A stretch of 32,000 nt of DNA from Clostridia bacterium. Lineage in GTDB: Bacteria > Bacillota > Clostridia > Oscillospirales > Acutalibacteraceae. The notes beneath the pieces are model-generated. The model searched no databases. It was not told the origin of the DNA and was given only the letters and a program-made list of their open reading frames with translations. How positions within the stretch are numbered: the stretch's first letter is position 1; each line of letters opens with the position of its first letter. Shown piece by piece: positions 23,484 to 31,882 of this stretch. The position numbers were made by a program, and so were the translations under genes. Location: contig JAFYGK010000008.1 in assembly GCA_017543285.1 (NCBI GenBank), positions 10,558 through 42,557 on the forward strand, read 5' to 3'.

Positions 23484-24179
23484 TTGGAACACGATAAAAT
23501 GAAATCGGCGCTCATGGCGGTGCTTTTTGCGTCGGGAGAGCCTATCGGAGCCGATAAACTCGCCGAGGCGCTCGAAACCGACAGGGCAGCCGTAGAAATG
23601 CTTGCGGACGAACTCGGTCAGGACATAAAAGGCATTACCGGAGGCATATGCCTCATAAAGCTGGAGGACAGATACCAGCTCTGCACCGAATCGGAATACA
23701 TGCCTTTTGTTAAAAGGGCGATGGAAATGAAGCGCAACACCCCGCTGTCCCAGGCGGCAATGGAGGTTCTTGCCGTGATCTGCTACAACCAGCCGGTCAC
23801 AAAATCCTTTGTCGAACAGGTCAGAGGCGTTGAATGCTCGGGTGTTTTTACGACTCTTGTGGAAAAGGGTCTTATCGAGGAACGCGGACGCCTTGAACTT
23901 CCGGGCAGACCGCTTATTTACGGAACGACCGATGTTTTTCTTCGCTGTTTCAATCTGCCGTCGCTGGATTGCCTGCCGCCGCTTCCCCGGATGGATGCGG
24001 TCGCAGACAGCGAGCAGAGGGCGATAGATTCCATTATAGAGGACGAAAGCGCAAAGTCCGGGCAGCAGGACGAAACTCCGCCCGGGCAGCAGGACGAAAA
24101 ACCAGAGCGCGCCGACGCGATGCCAGAGGACTGCTCCGAAGAAAAAAACGCCGAAAATGATTCTTTCGCCAAACAGTAA
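23484..24179 (+). CDS. scpB: SMC-Scp complex subunit ScpB with an acidic, repeat-containing C-terminal tail
   Basis: AVLFASGEPI...LSQAAMEVLAVICYNQPVTKSFVEQVRGV...GRPLIYGTT. TTG 23484 follows GAAGGAGA. The tail carries an 18-nt direct repeat at 24058-24075 and 24082-24099. Confidence 0.9.
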   Translation: MEHDKMKSALMAVLFASGEPIGADKLAEALETDRAAVEMLADELGQDIKGITGGICLIKLEDRYQLCTESEYMPFVKRAMEMKRNTPLSQAAMEVLAVICYNQPVTKSFVEQVRGVECSGVFTTLVEKGLIEERGRLELPGRPLIYGTTDVFLRCFNLPSLDCLPPLPRMDAVADSEQRAIDSIIEDESAKSGQQDETPPGQQDEKPERADAMPEDCSEEKNAENDSFAKQ

Positions 24180-24211
24180 ACATTATTGTCGGCTGAATCT
24201 GAGATTGGGAG

Positions 24212-24937
24212 ATGATAAAAGTGCAGTGGTATTTTATCGTTCTGATAATACTTGCATTTTTGTGCGCGCTTTTCTTCATTCCCGTTACGCTGTCGTTCGG
24301 TTTTGACGGCAAACCGGACATAAAGCTATACTACGGCTTCATACGCGTTTTCCGCATGAAAGATTCGGACGGGAAAAAAAAGAAGCCGAAAAAGGAGAAA
24401 AAAGAAAAGGACAAGAAAAAGGATAAGGAAAAAGGCGGAATTTTCGAAAGCCTGAAAAAAATATCCAGGGAAGAAAACGGCCTTAGGTTTATCCTCGACG
24501 TAATAAAAGAAATAAAGGAAATCGTAAAGCACACAACGAAGAAAACGATAAAAAACCTGCATATAGTCATTAAGAAGCTCTCGATTGCCGTCGCGTCCGA
24601 CGACGCGGCAAAAACCGGACAAACCTACGCCGCGATATGTTCCGCCGTCTTTCCTGCGCTGGGTTTTTTTCAAAGCAAATGCAGCCTGAGAATAAAAAGG
24701 CTGAGCATTATTCCCGATTTCACTCTTATTAAACCGGACGTGAGATGCCATATAAACGTGTGGCTGATACCGGCATTTTTCGTTCCCGTCCTGCTTTCCG
24801 CGCTTTTTAAATGGCTGAAGATCTCTTCGAAGATAGACAAACAGGAGCTTATTATCGACGCAAAAAAGAAAAAGGAACAGTCCGGCAATAAAAGGAAAGA
24901 TCCGGACGGACACGGCTTTAAAACCGCAAATAAATAA
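24212..24937 (+). CDS. DUF2953 (YtfI-like) sporulation-associated membrane protein
   Basis: N-terminal TM, Lys-rich linker, and a position directly upstream of a YtfJ/GerW homologue as in Bacillus ytfIJ. The start is ATG 24212 or GTG 24221. Confidence 0.65.
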   Translation: MIKVQWYFIVLIILAFLCALFFIPVTLSFGFDGKPDIKLYYGFIRVFRMKDSDGKKKKPKKEKKEKDKKKDKEKGGIFESLKKISREENGLRFILDVIKEIKEIVKHTTKKTIKNLHIVIKKLSIAVASDDAAKTGQTYAAICSAVFPALGFFQSKCSLRIKRLSIIPDFTLIKPDVRCHINVWLIPAFFVPVLLSALFKWLKISSKIDKQELIIDAKKKKEQSGNKRKDPDGHGFKTANK

Positions 24938-24991
24938 AACAGTACGAAACGACAAATGATATATCATTATTATGAGAAAGGGTGACTTTCA

Positions 24992-25417
24992 ATGGCAGAT
25001 TCCAATTTGTCCAACATGATGTCCTCGACCATTGATAAAATCAAGGGTATGGTGGACGCGAACACCATAATCGGAAGCCCGATAAAAACCGACGACGGGG
25101 TCACCGTTATTCCGGTGTCCAAGGTGAGTTACGGCTTCGGCTCGGGCGGAACGGATTTTGACAGCAAAAAGGCGGACAATCAGAATTTCGGTGGAGGCGC
25201 AGGCGCAGGTATTACGATTACGCCCATTGCGTTTATCGTAATAACGAACGGCGAGACCAAGATAATGCAGATAGCCAGCGGTAATTCCCCTGCGGAAAAG
25301 GCAATAACCGCCGTTCCCGACATTGTGGACAAAATTGTCACAACGGTAAAGGACATGAGAAGCAGAAGGGCAAAGCCTGCCGCCGACGATATTGACCTGA
25401 CCCTTTCCGACGACTGA
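24992..25417 (+). CDS. GerW / YtfJ family sporulation protein
   Basis: IKGMVDANTIIGSPIKTDDGVTVIPVSKVSYGFGSGG...GGGAGAGITITPIAFIV is the typical Spore_YtfJ pattern. Confidence 0.88.
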   Translation: MADSNLSNMMSSTIDKIKGMVDANTIIGSPIKTDDGVTVIPVSKVSYGFGSGGTDFDSKKADNQNFGGGAGAGITITPIAFIVITNGETKIMQIASGNSPAEKAITAVPDIVDKIVTTVKDMRSRRAKPAADDIDLTLSDD

Positions 25418-25432
25418 CGGCTTAAACAGCGC

Positions 25433-25460
25433 TCATATTATTTCTGATTTTGCATATAAA
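25433..25460 (+). promoter_or_regulatory. Possible sigma-E-type sporulation promoter: TCATATT, 13 nt, CATATAAA
   Basis: Resembles my recollection of the sigma-E consensus (..ATATT about 14 nt CATACA.T). About 75 nt upstream of the DD-carboxypeptidase start. Confidence 0.3.
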
Positions 25461-25536
25461 TGACACAAAAAACAGCGCCGTTTTTGCCGTCCGGCAATCC
25501 TGCCGCAAGGCATGACCCGGCGCAGCGGAGCATGAT

Positions 25537-26676
25537 ATGAGCTTTTTAAAAAGAATAACCTGTCTGGCCGCGGCAATGTTCGCTGCGGTCGGGCTGTGTC
25601 CTGAAACAAACGCCGGCGCTCCGGATGTTTCGGCGAAGGCCGCCGTTCTTATCGAAGCAGATTCGGGCAGACTCATCTTCGGCAAAAACGAAAATGCACG
25701 CCTTTCCATGGCCAGCACGACAAAGATAATGACGGCTCTTTTACTGCTCCAAAACTGCAGGCCGGATCAAACGATAGACGTCACGCCGGAAATGATTGCC
25801 GTTGAGGGCAGTTCTATGGGACTTGCCGCGGGCGACAGGGTAAACCGCGACGCGCTGCTTTACGGTATGCTCCTGTCATCGGGCAACGATGCTGCCAACG
25901 CCGCGGCATATATGGTCAGCGGCGGCAAGGACGAATTTGTTTCGCTGATGAACAAAACGGCCGCCGATATGGGCTGCAAAGACACGTCGTTTGAAACTCC
26001 GTCGGGACTGGACGGAGAAAACCATTATTCGACGGCTGCTGATATGGCAAGGATAGCTCAGGCCGCCATGCAAAATGATGATTTTGCTTTTGCGGCAGAA
26101 CAGCGTCAGGCGACGGTAACCTTTGGCGAGCCGCCGACAAGCCGCACCCTCAAAAACCACAACCGGCTTCTTAGCCTTTACGACGGCTGCTGCGGAATAA
26201 AGACTGGTTTTACAAAAAAATCGGGCAGATGCCTTGTTTCCTGCGCTGTGCGCGGCGGAGTGAAACTGATTTGCGTCACGCTCAACGCGCCGGACGACTG
26301 GGACGACCATATGAAGCTGTATGATTACGGCTTTTCTCTGCTGGAGCGATATACTCCTGAATCAGACGTTCTGCCCGGCACGATCGCGGTCACGGGCGGC
26401 GAAGCGGAATTTGTTCCGGTGGAGCACAGTCTGCCGGCGCTGACACTCAACAGGGGCGACGGCAAAAGAATGATAATAAAGGTTTATGCGCCGGGGTTTT
26501 TATATGCGCCGGTAAAATACGGCCAGGTAATAGGACACGCCGAATATGTTTTAGACGGAGAAACGATAGCCGAGCTTACATTGACCGCGGGCGACGATGT
26601 AGACATACGCAAAAGCGAAAAGAAACCATCCCTGTGGCAGGGTATCGGAGATTTTTTCGCCCGGCTTTTCGGCTGA
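25537..26676 (+). CDS. Serine-type D-Ala-D-Ala carboxypeptidase (S11, DacB/DacF-like) with signal peptide
   Basis: Signal peptide. SxxK (SMASTTK), SGN and KTG (IKTGFT) motifs. C-terminal beta-sandwich domain. Confidence 0.9.
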   Translation: MSFLKRITCLAAAMFAAVGLCPETNAGAPDVSAKAAVLIEADSGRLIFGKNENARLSMASTTKIMTALLLLQNCRPDQTIDVTPEMIAVEGSSMGLAAGDRVNRDALLYGMLLSSGNDAANAAAYMVSGGKDEFVSLMNKTAADMGCKDTSFETPSGLDGENHYSTAADMARIAQAAMQNDDFAFAAEQRQATVTFGEPPTSRTLKNHNRLLSLYDGCCGIKTGFTKKSGRCLVSCAVRGGVKLICVTLNAPDDWDDHMKLYDYGFSLLERYTPESDVLPGTIAVTGGEAEFVPVEHSLPALTLNRGDGKRMIIKVYAPGFLYAPVKYGQVIGHAEYVLDGETIAELTLTAGDDVDIRKSEKKPSLWQGIGDFFARLFG

Positions 26677-26765
26677 ACACGCCGCGAAAGACGCCGCAGT
26701 GCTGATGATCTTGACAAACCGGGCAGAAAGGCGGATTTTTTGCGTTTAAAATCGGAGGACATAAA

Positions 26766-27503
26766 TTGAACGATAACAAAGAACGGCTGCAAAAGATAAT
26801 AGCCACAAGCGGCCTTATGTCCCGGCGGCACGCTGAGGAAGCGATAGAGCAGGGACTCGTCAGGGTAAACGGCAGAAGGGCAAAGCTGGGCGACAGCGCC
26901 GACAAACGCCGTGATTTGATTACGGTGGATGGGAAAAGACTCCCCAGAGCTTCGGAAAATATATACATCATGCTTAATAAGCCGCGCGGCTTTGTCACAA
27001 CCACCAGTGACGAAATGCAGCGCAAATGCGTCATGGATCTCGTGACGCAGATCAAAACAAGGGTTTACCCTATAGGCCGTCTGGACAAAAATTCAGAGGG
27101 TCTTCTTTTGCTGACAAACGACGGCGAGTTTGCAAACGCGCTTATGCATCCGAGACAGCACATCCCCAAAACCTACCGCGTCACCGTTTTTCCCAATCCG
27201 ACCGACGTTCAGCTTGAGCAGATGAGAAACGGCATAGAGCTGGACGGAAGAATGACGCAGCCGGCAGAGGTCTCCATCCATCTGGAGGAGGAAAGCCGTA
27301 CCGTTCTGGAAATCACCATATACGAGGGAAGAAACAGGCAGATACGCCGCATGTGCGAAAGCCTTGATCTGGACGTAAAAAGACTGCGCAGAATAGCATA
27401 CGGCGGCATAAAGTTGGGCATGCTGGCGCAGGGCAAATGGCGAAATCTAACAGAAAAGGAAGTTGCCGCGCTCAAAAAAGTGTCGGGATTAAAAGAAAAA
27501 TAA
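26766..27503 (+). CDS. rluB: 23S rRNA pseudouridine synthase, RsuA/RluB family, with an S4 domain
   Basis: S4 domain (LQKIIATSGLMSRRHAEEAI...V.VNG) and catalytic GRLDKNSEGLLLLTNDG. TTG start after GGAGG. Confidence 0.85.
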   Translation: MNDNKERLQKIIATSGLMSRRHAEEAIEQGLVRVNGRRAKLGDSADKRRDLITVDGKRLPRASENIYIMLNKPRGFVTTTSDEMQRKCVMDLVTQIKTRVYPIGRLDKNSEGLLLLTNDGEFANALMHPRQHIPKTYRVTVFPNPTDVQLEQMRNGIELDGRMTQPAEVSIHLEEESRTVLEITIYEGRNRQIRRMCESLDLDVKRLRRIAYGGIKLGMLAQGKWRNLTEKEVAALKKVSGLKEK

Positions 27504-27531
27504 TTTTACCCTAAAAAATACCGCCAAATCA

Positions 27532-27560
27532 TTGTTTTATTTCGGATAGTATAGTATAAT
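27532..27560 (+). promoter_or_regulatory. Promoter of the biotin-enzyme operon: -35 TTGTTT, 17-nt spacer, -10 TATAAT
   Basis: Hexamers at 27532-27537 and 27555-27560. Confidence 0.5.
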
Positions 27561-27597
27561 ATTTCCTGATTTGATTTTTATTACGGAGGAACTTTAC

Positions 27598-28917
27598 ATG
27601 GGTTTTTACAAATCAAGTGAAAGACTCCAGAAGGAGCTTTCATCCCTCAAAAACAGTGTTGCCCGTGAGAGATTGATAAAGCTGTTTGATCAGGACAGCT
27701 TTAATGAGCTTGACGCTCTTTCCGAGGCAGCTCAGGCAGTTATAGGCTGCGGTCTTATAAACGGTATGCCCTGCTGTGCATTTTCGCAGGACATAAACGT
27801 ATCCGGCGGCGCAGTCGGACAGGCTCAGGCTAAAAAAATGCGGAAGGCTTATGAATACAGCCTCATGAACGGAATGCCTCTTATCGGTATATTCGATTCA
27901 AAGGGCGCATATCTCGACGAGGGCGTGGACGCCATGGCGGCCTACGGCGAGCTTCTGCTGAATGCCAATAATCTTTCGGGTGTTGTTCCTCAGATTTCCA
28001 TAATCGCAGGCGCATGCGCAGGCACTGCCGCGCTTATCGCTTCAAGCGGAGACATTGTAATCCATGTTGACTCCGCTCCGTATTATCTCAATTCCAAGGA
28101 TAAGGATGAACAGCTTGGCTCGACACATATCCGGGCAAAGGATGAGGACGATGCCATCGAAAGAGCCAGGGAGATCCTCTCCTATCTGCCGGCCAACAAT
28201 CTTTCAGAGACTGCCGGATTTGACGCCGTTGCTCCTGCAGACGCCGATTATACAAACACCGACGACATGATCGGCAAGGTTTCCGACGCCTCCAGCTTTA
28301 TTGAACTTCAGGCCGACTTCGGTGAAAACGTCACATGCGGTCTTGGTCTTCTCAACGGAGTTTCGGTCGCCTTTTTGGAGACAAAGGGCGGAATGCTTGA
28401 CTGCAACGCTGCTGCGAAGGCCGCAAGGTTTGTCCGGTTTGCGGACGCATTCTCCGTTCCGGTCGTAACCTTTGTAGACGCCCAGGGCTTTGAGTCGATA
28501 TCCGACGCTGCAAAGCTGGCGCACGCATACGCGGAAGCCACGACCGCAAAGATCGCCGTCATAACGGGCGAAGCCATAGGCAGCGCATATATAGCAATGG
28601 CCGGCCGCGGCGCAAACGCGGATTATGTCGCCGCGCTTGATACCGCTGTTGTTAGTGCGCTCCCGGTTGAATCGGCTGTGGCTGTCATGTGGAACGACAG
28701 GCTCAACGCACTTGAAAATCCGCTTACCGAAAGAGCGGGACTTATCGAAGAATACAAGATGACCGACGGCAGCGCATTTGAAGCTGCCAGAAGAGGCTAT
28801 GTCGAGGATATTGCCGCGCTTGGCGACATCCGCAAAAAAATAATCGACGCGCTGGGACTCCTTTCCTCCAAGAGGGTCGCAACGCTCCCGAAGAAGCATT
28901 CCAATATTCAGCTGTAA
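27598..28917 (+). CDS. Carboxyltransferase-domain protein (12S / MmdA / PccB-like), unusually short at 439 aa
   Basis: Collinear with acyl-CoA carboxyltransferases (ARERL..L.D..SF.EL; SGVVPQISIIAGACAG; DCNAAAKAARFVRFADAFSVPVVTFVDAQGF; C-terminal PKKHSNIQL). ATG 27598 follows GGAGG. Confidence 0.8.
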   Translation: MGFYKSSERLQKELSSLKNSVARERLIKLFDQDSFNELDALSEAAQAVIGCGLINGMPCCAFSQDINVSGGAVGQAQAKKMRKAYEYSLMNGMPLIGIFDSKGAYLDEGVDAMAAYGELLLNANNLSGVVPQISIIAGACAGTAALIASSGDIVIHVDSAPYYLNSKDKDEQLGSTHIRAKDEDDAIERAREILSYLPANNLSETAGFDAVAPADADYTNTDDMIGKVSDASSFIELQADFGENVTCGLGLLNGVSVAFLETKGGMLDCNAAAKAARFVRFADAFSVPVVTFVDAQGFESISDAAKLAHAYAEATTAKIAVITGEAIGSAYIAMAGRGANADYVAALDTAVVSALPVESAVAVMWNDRLNALENPLTERAGLIEEYKMTDGSAFEAARRGYVEDIAALGDIRKKIIDALGLLSSKRVATLPKKHSNIQL

Positions 28918-29110
28918 ATCAATAATCAGAGTCTTATTTAGCGGGAACTGCTTTCCTGTTCTTTTAAAAGCATTGGCGTGAGGCACACGTCTTTGGAATA
29001 ACAGCCGCTCCAAGCGGCAAAGCTCCGAATGTCGCTCGGAGGGTCCGGTGATTGAGACACCAGTGCGGACAGATATTATAATTGCGGCGGAAAGGAAATA
29101 AAAGATCGAT

Positions 29111-29524
29111 ATGAAAACTTTGAGAATAACAGTCAATGGCAAGTCATATGATGTTCAGGTCGAGGAAATCAATGGCGCTGCGGCACCCGCTCCGGCAGCA
29201 GCTCCCGCTCCGGCTCCGGCTGCGGCTCCGGCTCCTGCTCCGGCAGCAGCCCCTGCTCCGGCTGCGGCTCCCGCTCCGGCAGCAGCTCCGGCTCCCGCTC
29301 CGGCAGGCGCGGGCGAAGAGGTCAAGTCTCCCATGCCGGGCAACATCCTCGACGTTAAGGTTGCAAACGGCGACAGCGTGACAAAGGGTCAGGTCCTGCT
29401 CATCCTTGAAGCTATGAAGATGGAAAACGAAATTATGGCTCCCTGCGACGGCACCGTCACATCGGTAGCGGTCAACAAGGGCGACGTCGTAAATCCCGGC
29501 CAGACCCTCATTACAATAGGCTAA
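29111..29524 (+). CDS. Biotin carboxyl carrier protein (1.3S-like biotinyl domain with an Ala-Pro linker)
   Basis: EAMKMENEI biotinylation motif, an (Ala/Pro)n linker, 137 aa. Confidence 0.9.
   Translation: MKTLRITVNGKSYDVQVEEINGAAAPAPAAAPAPAPAAAPAPAPAAAPAPAAAPAPAAAPAPAPAGAGEEVKSPMPGNILDVKVANGDSVTKGQVLLILEAMKMENEIMAPCDGTVTSVAVNKGDVVNPGQTLITIG
29177..29306 (+). repeat. Low-complexity GCN/CCG tandem tract encoding the Ala-Pro linker
   Basis: AAAPAPAAAPAPAPAAAPAPAP... read directly. Confidence 0.9.
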
Positions 29525-29535
29525 CTCTCACTTTT

Positions 29536-29574
29536 GCAGAAAACATGCTGTTTTACGGGACAAGTGTTTTCTGC
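29536..29574 (+). other. Intercistronic stem-loop: 10-bp perfect stem GCAGAAAACA/TGTTTTCTGC, 19-nt loop, no U-tract
   Basis: Read directly between the biotin carrier gene and the 5S-like gene. Confidence 0.5.
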
Positions 29575-29608
29575 TGCCCAGATATTTAATCTTTAAGGAG
29601 TGACTAAT

Positions 29609-31009
29609 TTGGCTAAAATAGGTATCACTGAGACCGTCCTCAGAGACGCTCATCAGTCGCTGTTAGCTACAAGAATGACGACAGAGGATATGCTTCCCAT
29701 GCTTCCTCTGCTCGATGAAATAGGTTTTGCCTCGCTTGAGTGCTGGGGCGGAGCAACTTTCGATTCCTGCCTGCGCTTTCTCAATGAGGATCCATGGGAG
29801 AGACTCCGCACCATACGCAAAAACTGCCCCAAAACAAAGCTGCAAATGCTTTTCAGGGGACAGAACATGCTGGGCTACCGCCACTATTCCGACGACGTTG
29901 TACAGTATTTCGTCGAAAAGAGCGTTGCCAACGGAATCGATATAATAAGAATTTTCGATGCGCTCAACGACGTGCGTAATCTTGACGCGGCAATAAAAGC
30001 CACAAAGCATGAAAAGGCTCATTTGCAGGCGGCTATCTCCTACACAACGGGAGATGTTTTCACGGTCGATTACTACGCAAAATATGCAAAGCGTCTGGAA
30101 AACGCCGGTGCAGACTCCATCTGTATCAAGGATATGGCCGGTCTTCTTACCCCATACGGAACATACGAGCTTGTCAAGGCCCTGAAAAACGCCGTAAAGA
30201 TCCCCATCCAGCTTCATTCCCATTACACCTCCGGCCTTGCCTCCATGGTAATGCTTAAGGGCATTGAGGCAGGCGTTGACGTTATTGATACAGCAATTTC
30301 TCCGCTCGCGCTGGGCACATCCCATCCGGCAACAGAATCCATGGTCGCGGCGCTCAGCGGAACAAAATATGATACCGGCCTTGATCTCAAGAAGCTGACC
30401 GGAATCAGAAGCTATGTCGATACCCTGCGTACAAAGTACATCGAAAGCGGCCTTATTGACCCGAAGATGCTTGCGGTAGACGCAAACGCTCTGCTTTATC
30501 AGGTTCCGGGCGGCATGCTTTCCAACCTTGTTTCCCAGCTCAAGCAGGCGGGACAAATGGATAAGCTCGAGGAGGTTCTCCTCGAAGTGCCCCGTGTGCG
30601 CAAAGACGCGGGCTATCCGCCTCTTGTCACTCCGACGTCCCAGATAGTCGGAACACAGGCCGTTTTCAACATTATCGGCGGCGAGCGCTACAAGATGGTC
30701 ACCAAGGAGTTCAAGGGGCTCGTCCGCGGTGAATACGGACAGACTCCCGTAGCCATAAAGGAAGACTTCCGCAAGAAGATCATCGGCGACGACAAGCCCA
30801 TCACATGCCGGCCTGCCGATCTCATCAAGCCTGAGCTGACAAAGCTGCGCGCCGAGATCCCGTCTGAATTTGTCGAGCAGGAGGAGGATGTGCTTTCCTA
30901 CGCGCAGTTCGGACAGGTCGCTCTCAAGTTCTTCGAGTACCGCCGCAACCGCAAATACGGACTGGACGGAGAACTTCTCGACATGCAAAGCAAAGTTCAT
31001 CCGGTGTAA
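29609..31009 (+). CDS. Oxaloacetate decarboxylase alpha / transcarboxylase 5S-like carboxyltransferase (HMGL-like TIM barrel plus PYC_OADA domain), with no fused biotinyl domain
   Basis: AKIGITETVLRDAHQSL, metal-site LHSHYTSG, no AMKM motif at the C-terminus. TTG 29609 follows AAGGAG by 8 nt. Confidence 0.9.
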   Translation: MAKIGITETVLRDAHQSLLATRMTTEDMLPMLPLLDEIGFASLECWGGATFDSCLRFLNEDPWERLRTIRKNCPKTKLQMLFRGQNMLGYRHYSDDVVQYFVEKSVANGIDIIRIFDALNDVRNLDAAIKATKHEKAHLQAAISYTTGDVFTVDYYAKYAKRLENAGADSICIKDMAGLLTPYGTYELVKALKNAVKIPIQLHSHYTSGLASMVMLKGIEAGVDVIDTAISPLALGTSHPATESMVAALSGTKYDTGLDLKKLTGIRSYVDTLRTKYIESGLIDPKMLAVDANALLYQVPGGMLSNLVSQLKQAGQMDKLEEVLLEVPRVRKDAGYPPLVTPTSQIVGTQAVFNIIGGERYKMVTKEFKGLVRGEYGQTPVAIKEDFRKKIIGDDKPITCRPADLIKPELTKLRAEIPSEFVEQEEDVLSYAQFGQVALKFFEYRRNRKYGLDGELLDMQSKVHPV

Positions 31010-31024
31010 TCCGGATCTGAGAAT

Positions 31025-31052
31025 AAAACCGCCCACGGTTGTGGGCGGTTTT
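31025..31052 (+). terminator. Rho-independent terminator: AAAACCGCCCAC / GGTT loop / GTGGGCGGTTTT
   Basis: 12-bp stem including A/T ends, T-run. Directly after the 5S-like gene. Confidence 0.85.
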
Positions 31053-31110
31053 AGTATAAACGGCTGCATCCGGGCAAACTGTCTGAAACAAAGCGGAAAG
31101 GAGCGCTTTT

Positions 31111-31827
31111 ATGACGGGCTTTCAAATGAAAATCGTCGCGGTGATTTCAATGCTGACAGATCACATAGGCTATATTTTCTTTCCCAGGGAAATGGTTTTC
31201 CGGGTGATAGGCAGGATCGCCTTCCCTATATACGCATTTCTTATCGCGGAGGGCTTTGGGCATACTAAAAGCCGGATAAAATATGCCGCGAGACTCGGAC
31301 TGTTCGCACTGATTTCCGAAATTCCGTTCGACCTGGCGTTTTGCAAAGCGTGGTTCGATCCATCGTCGCAGAATGTCTTTATTTCGCTGCTGCTCGGGCT
31401 CCTGTGTATTTGGACGATAGACGAGCTGAAAACGAGAAATAAAAAACTCGTTATTCTTTCTCCCGCCATCACCGCCGCATTCGGTTATGCCGCCTTTCTC
31501 TTAAAATGCGACTATACATGGTACGCCGTTTTGCTGATTACCGTTTTTTATTTTTGCCTCAACAGCCGTTTTTCTCCCGCTGCGGGGCTTGCCTGCTGCG
31601 TGCCGGTTTATTTCACCGGCAAGGTATACAACAGCATAAAAAATAACACAAAATGGCTGACGGAAAGTTTTATTGTCTTTAATTGCTCCGGGCTTCTGGC
31701 AATACCCTTTATCGCCGCGTACAACGGCGAAAAGGGCTACAGCTCACAGATCGTCAAAATCGCGTTTTACGTCTTCTATCCGGCGCATCTGCTCATACTG
31801 TATGGGATATATCTGATGATACATTGA
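31111..31827 (+). CDS. TraX family membrane protein (putative acyltransferase)
   Basis: MKIVAVISMLTDHIGYIFFP...RIAFPIYAFLIAEGFGHTKS is the typical TraX N-terminus. Multi-TM. AAGGAG RBS. Confidence 0.85.
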   Translation: MTGFQMKIVAVISMLTDHIGYIFFPREMVFRVIGRIAFPIYAFLIAEGFGHTKSRIKYAARLGLFALISEIPFDLAFCKAWFDPSSQNVFISLLLGLLCIWTIDELKTRNKKLVILSPAITAAFGYAAFLLKCDYTWYAVLLITVFYFCLNSRFSPAAGLACCVPVYFTGKVYNSIKNNTKWLTESFIVFNCSGLLAIPFIAAYNGEKGYSSQIVKIAFYVFYPAHLLILYGIYLMIH

Positions 31828-31852
31828 TACATTTCAGCGGTCATTTCAAAAA

Positions 31853-31882
31853 CCGCCGGAGAAAGATTCTCCGGCGGTTTTT
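31853..31882 (+). terminator. Rho-independent terminator: CCGCCGGAGA/TCTCCGGCGG then TTTTT
   Basis: 10-bp perfect stem with a 5-nt loop and a T-run. Confidence 0.85.

Noticed and set aside
24058-24099. 18-nt direct repeat, CCGGGCAGCAGGACGAAA twice with a 24-nt period, in the scpB tail.
   Set aside because: It is an in-frame duplication of an 8-aa acidic unit (GQQDE.P) in a disordered tail. It is probably a replication-slippage product with no separate function.
24371-24438. Purine-rich AAG/AAA tracts, here and at 10467-10500, that look like simple repeats.
   Set aside because: They sit in frame within ORFs and encode Lys-rich linkers. This is low-complexity coding sequence rather than a separate element.
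27523-27534. A fifth CAAATCAT occurrence (GCCAAATCATTG) overlapping the -35 of the biotin-enzyme operon promoter, possibly linked to the tatD-rSAM spacer motif.
   Set aside because: A single 8-mer match is expected by chance about once in a window this size. No flanking similarity to the spacer repeats is visible.
29663-31069. 468-aa ORF on the minus strand covering the whole 5S-like gene.
   Set aside because: The plus-strand product carries unmistakable motifs (ITETVLRDAHQSL, HSHYTSG) and has an RBS and a terminator. The antisense product is low-complexity with no recognisable motif. This is a typical stop-poor antisense frame.
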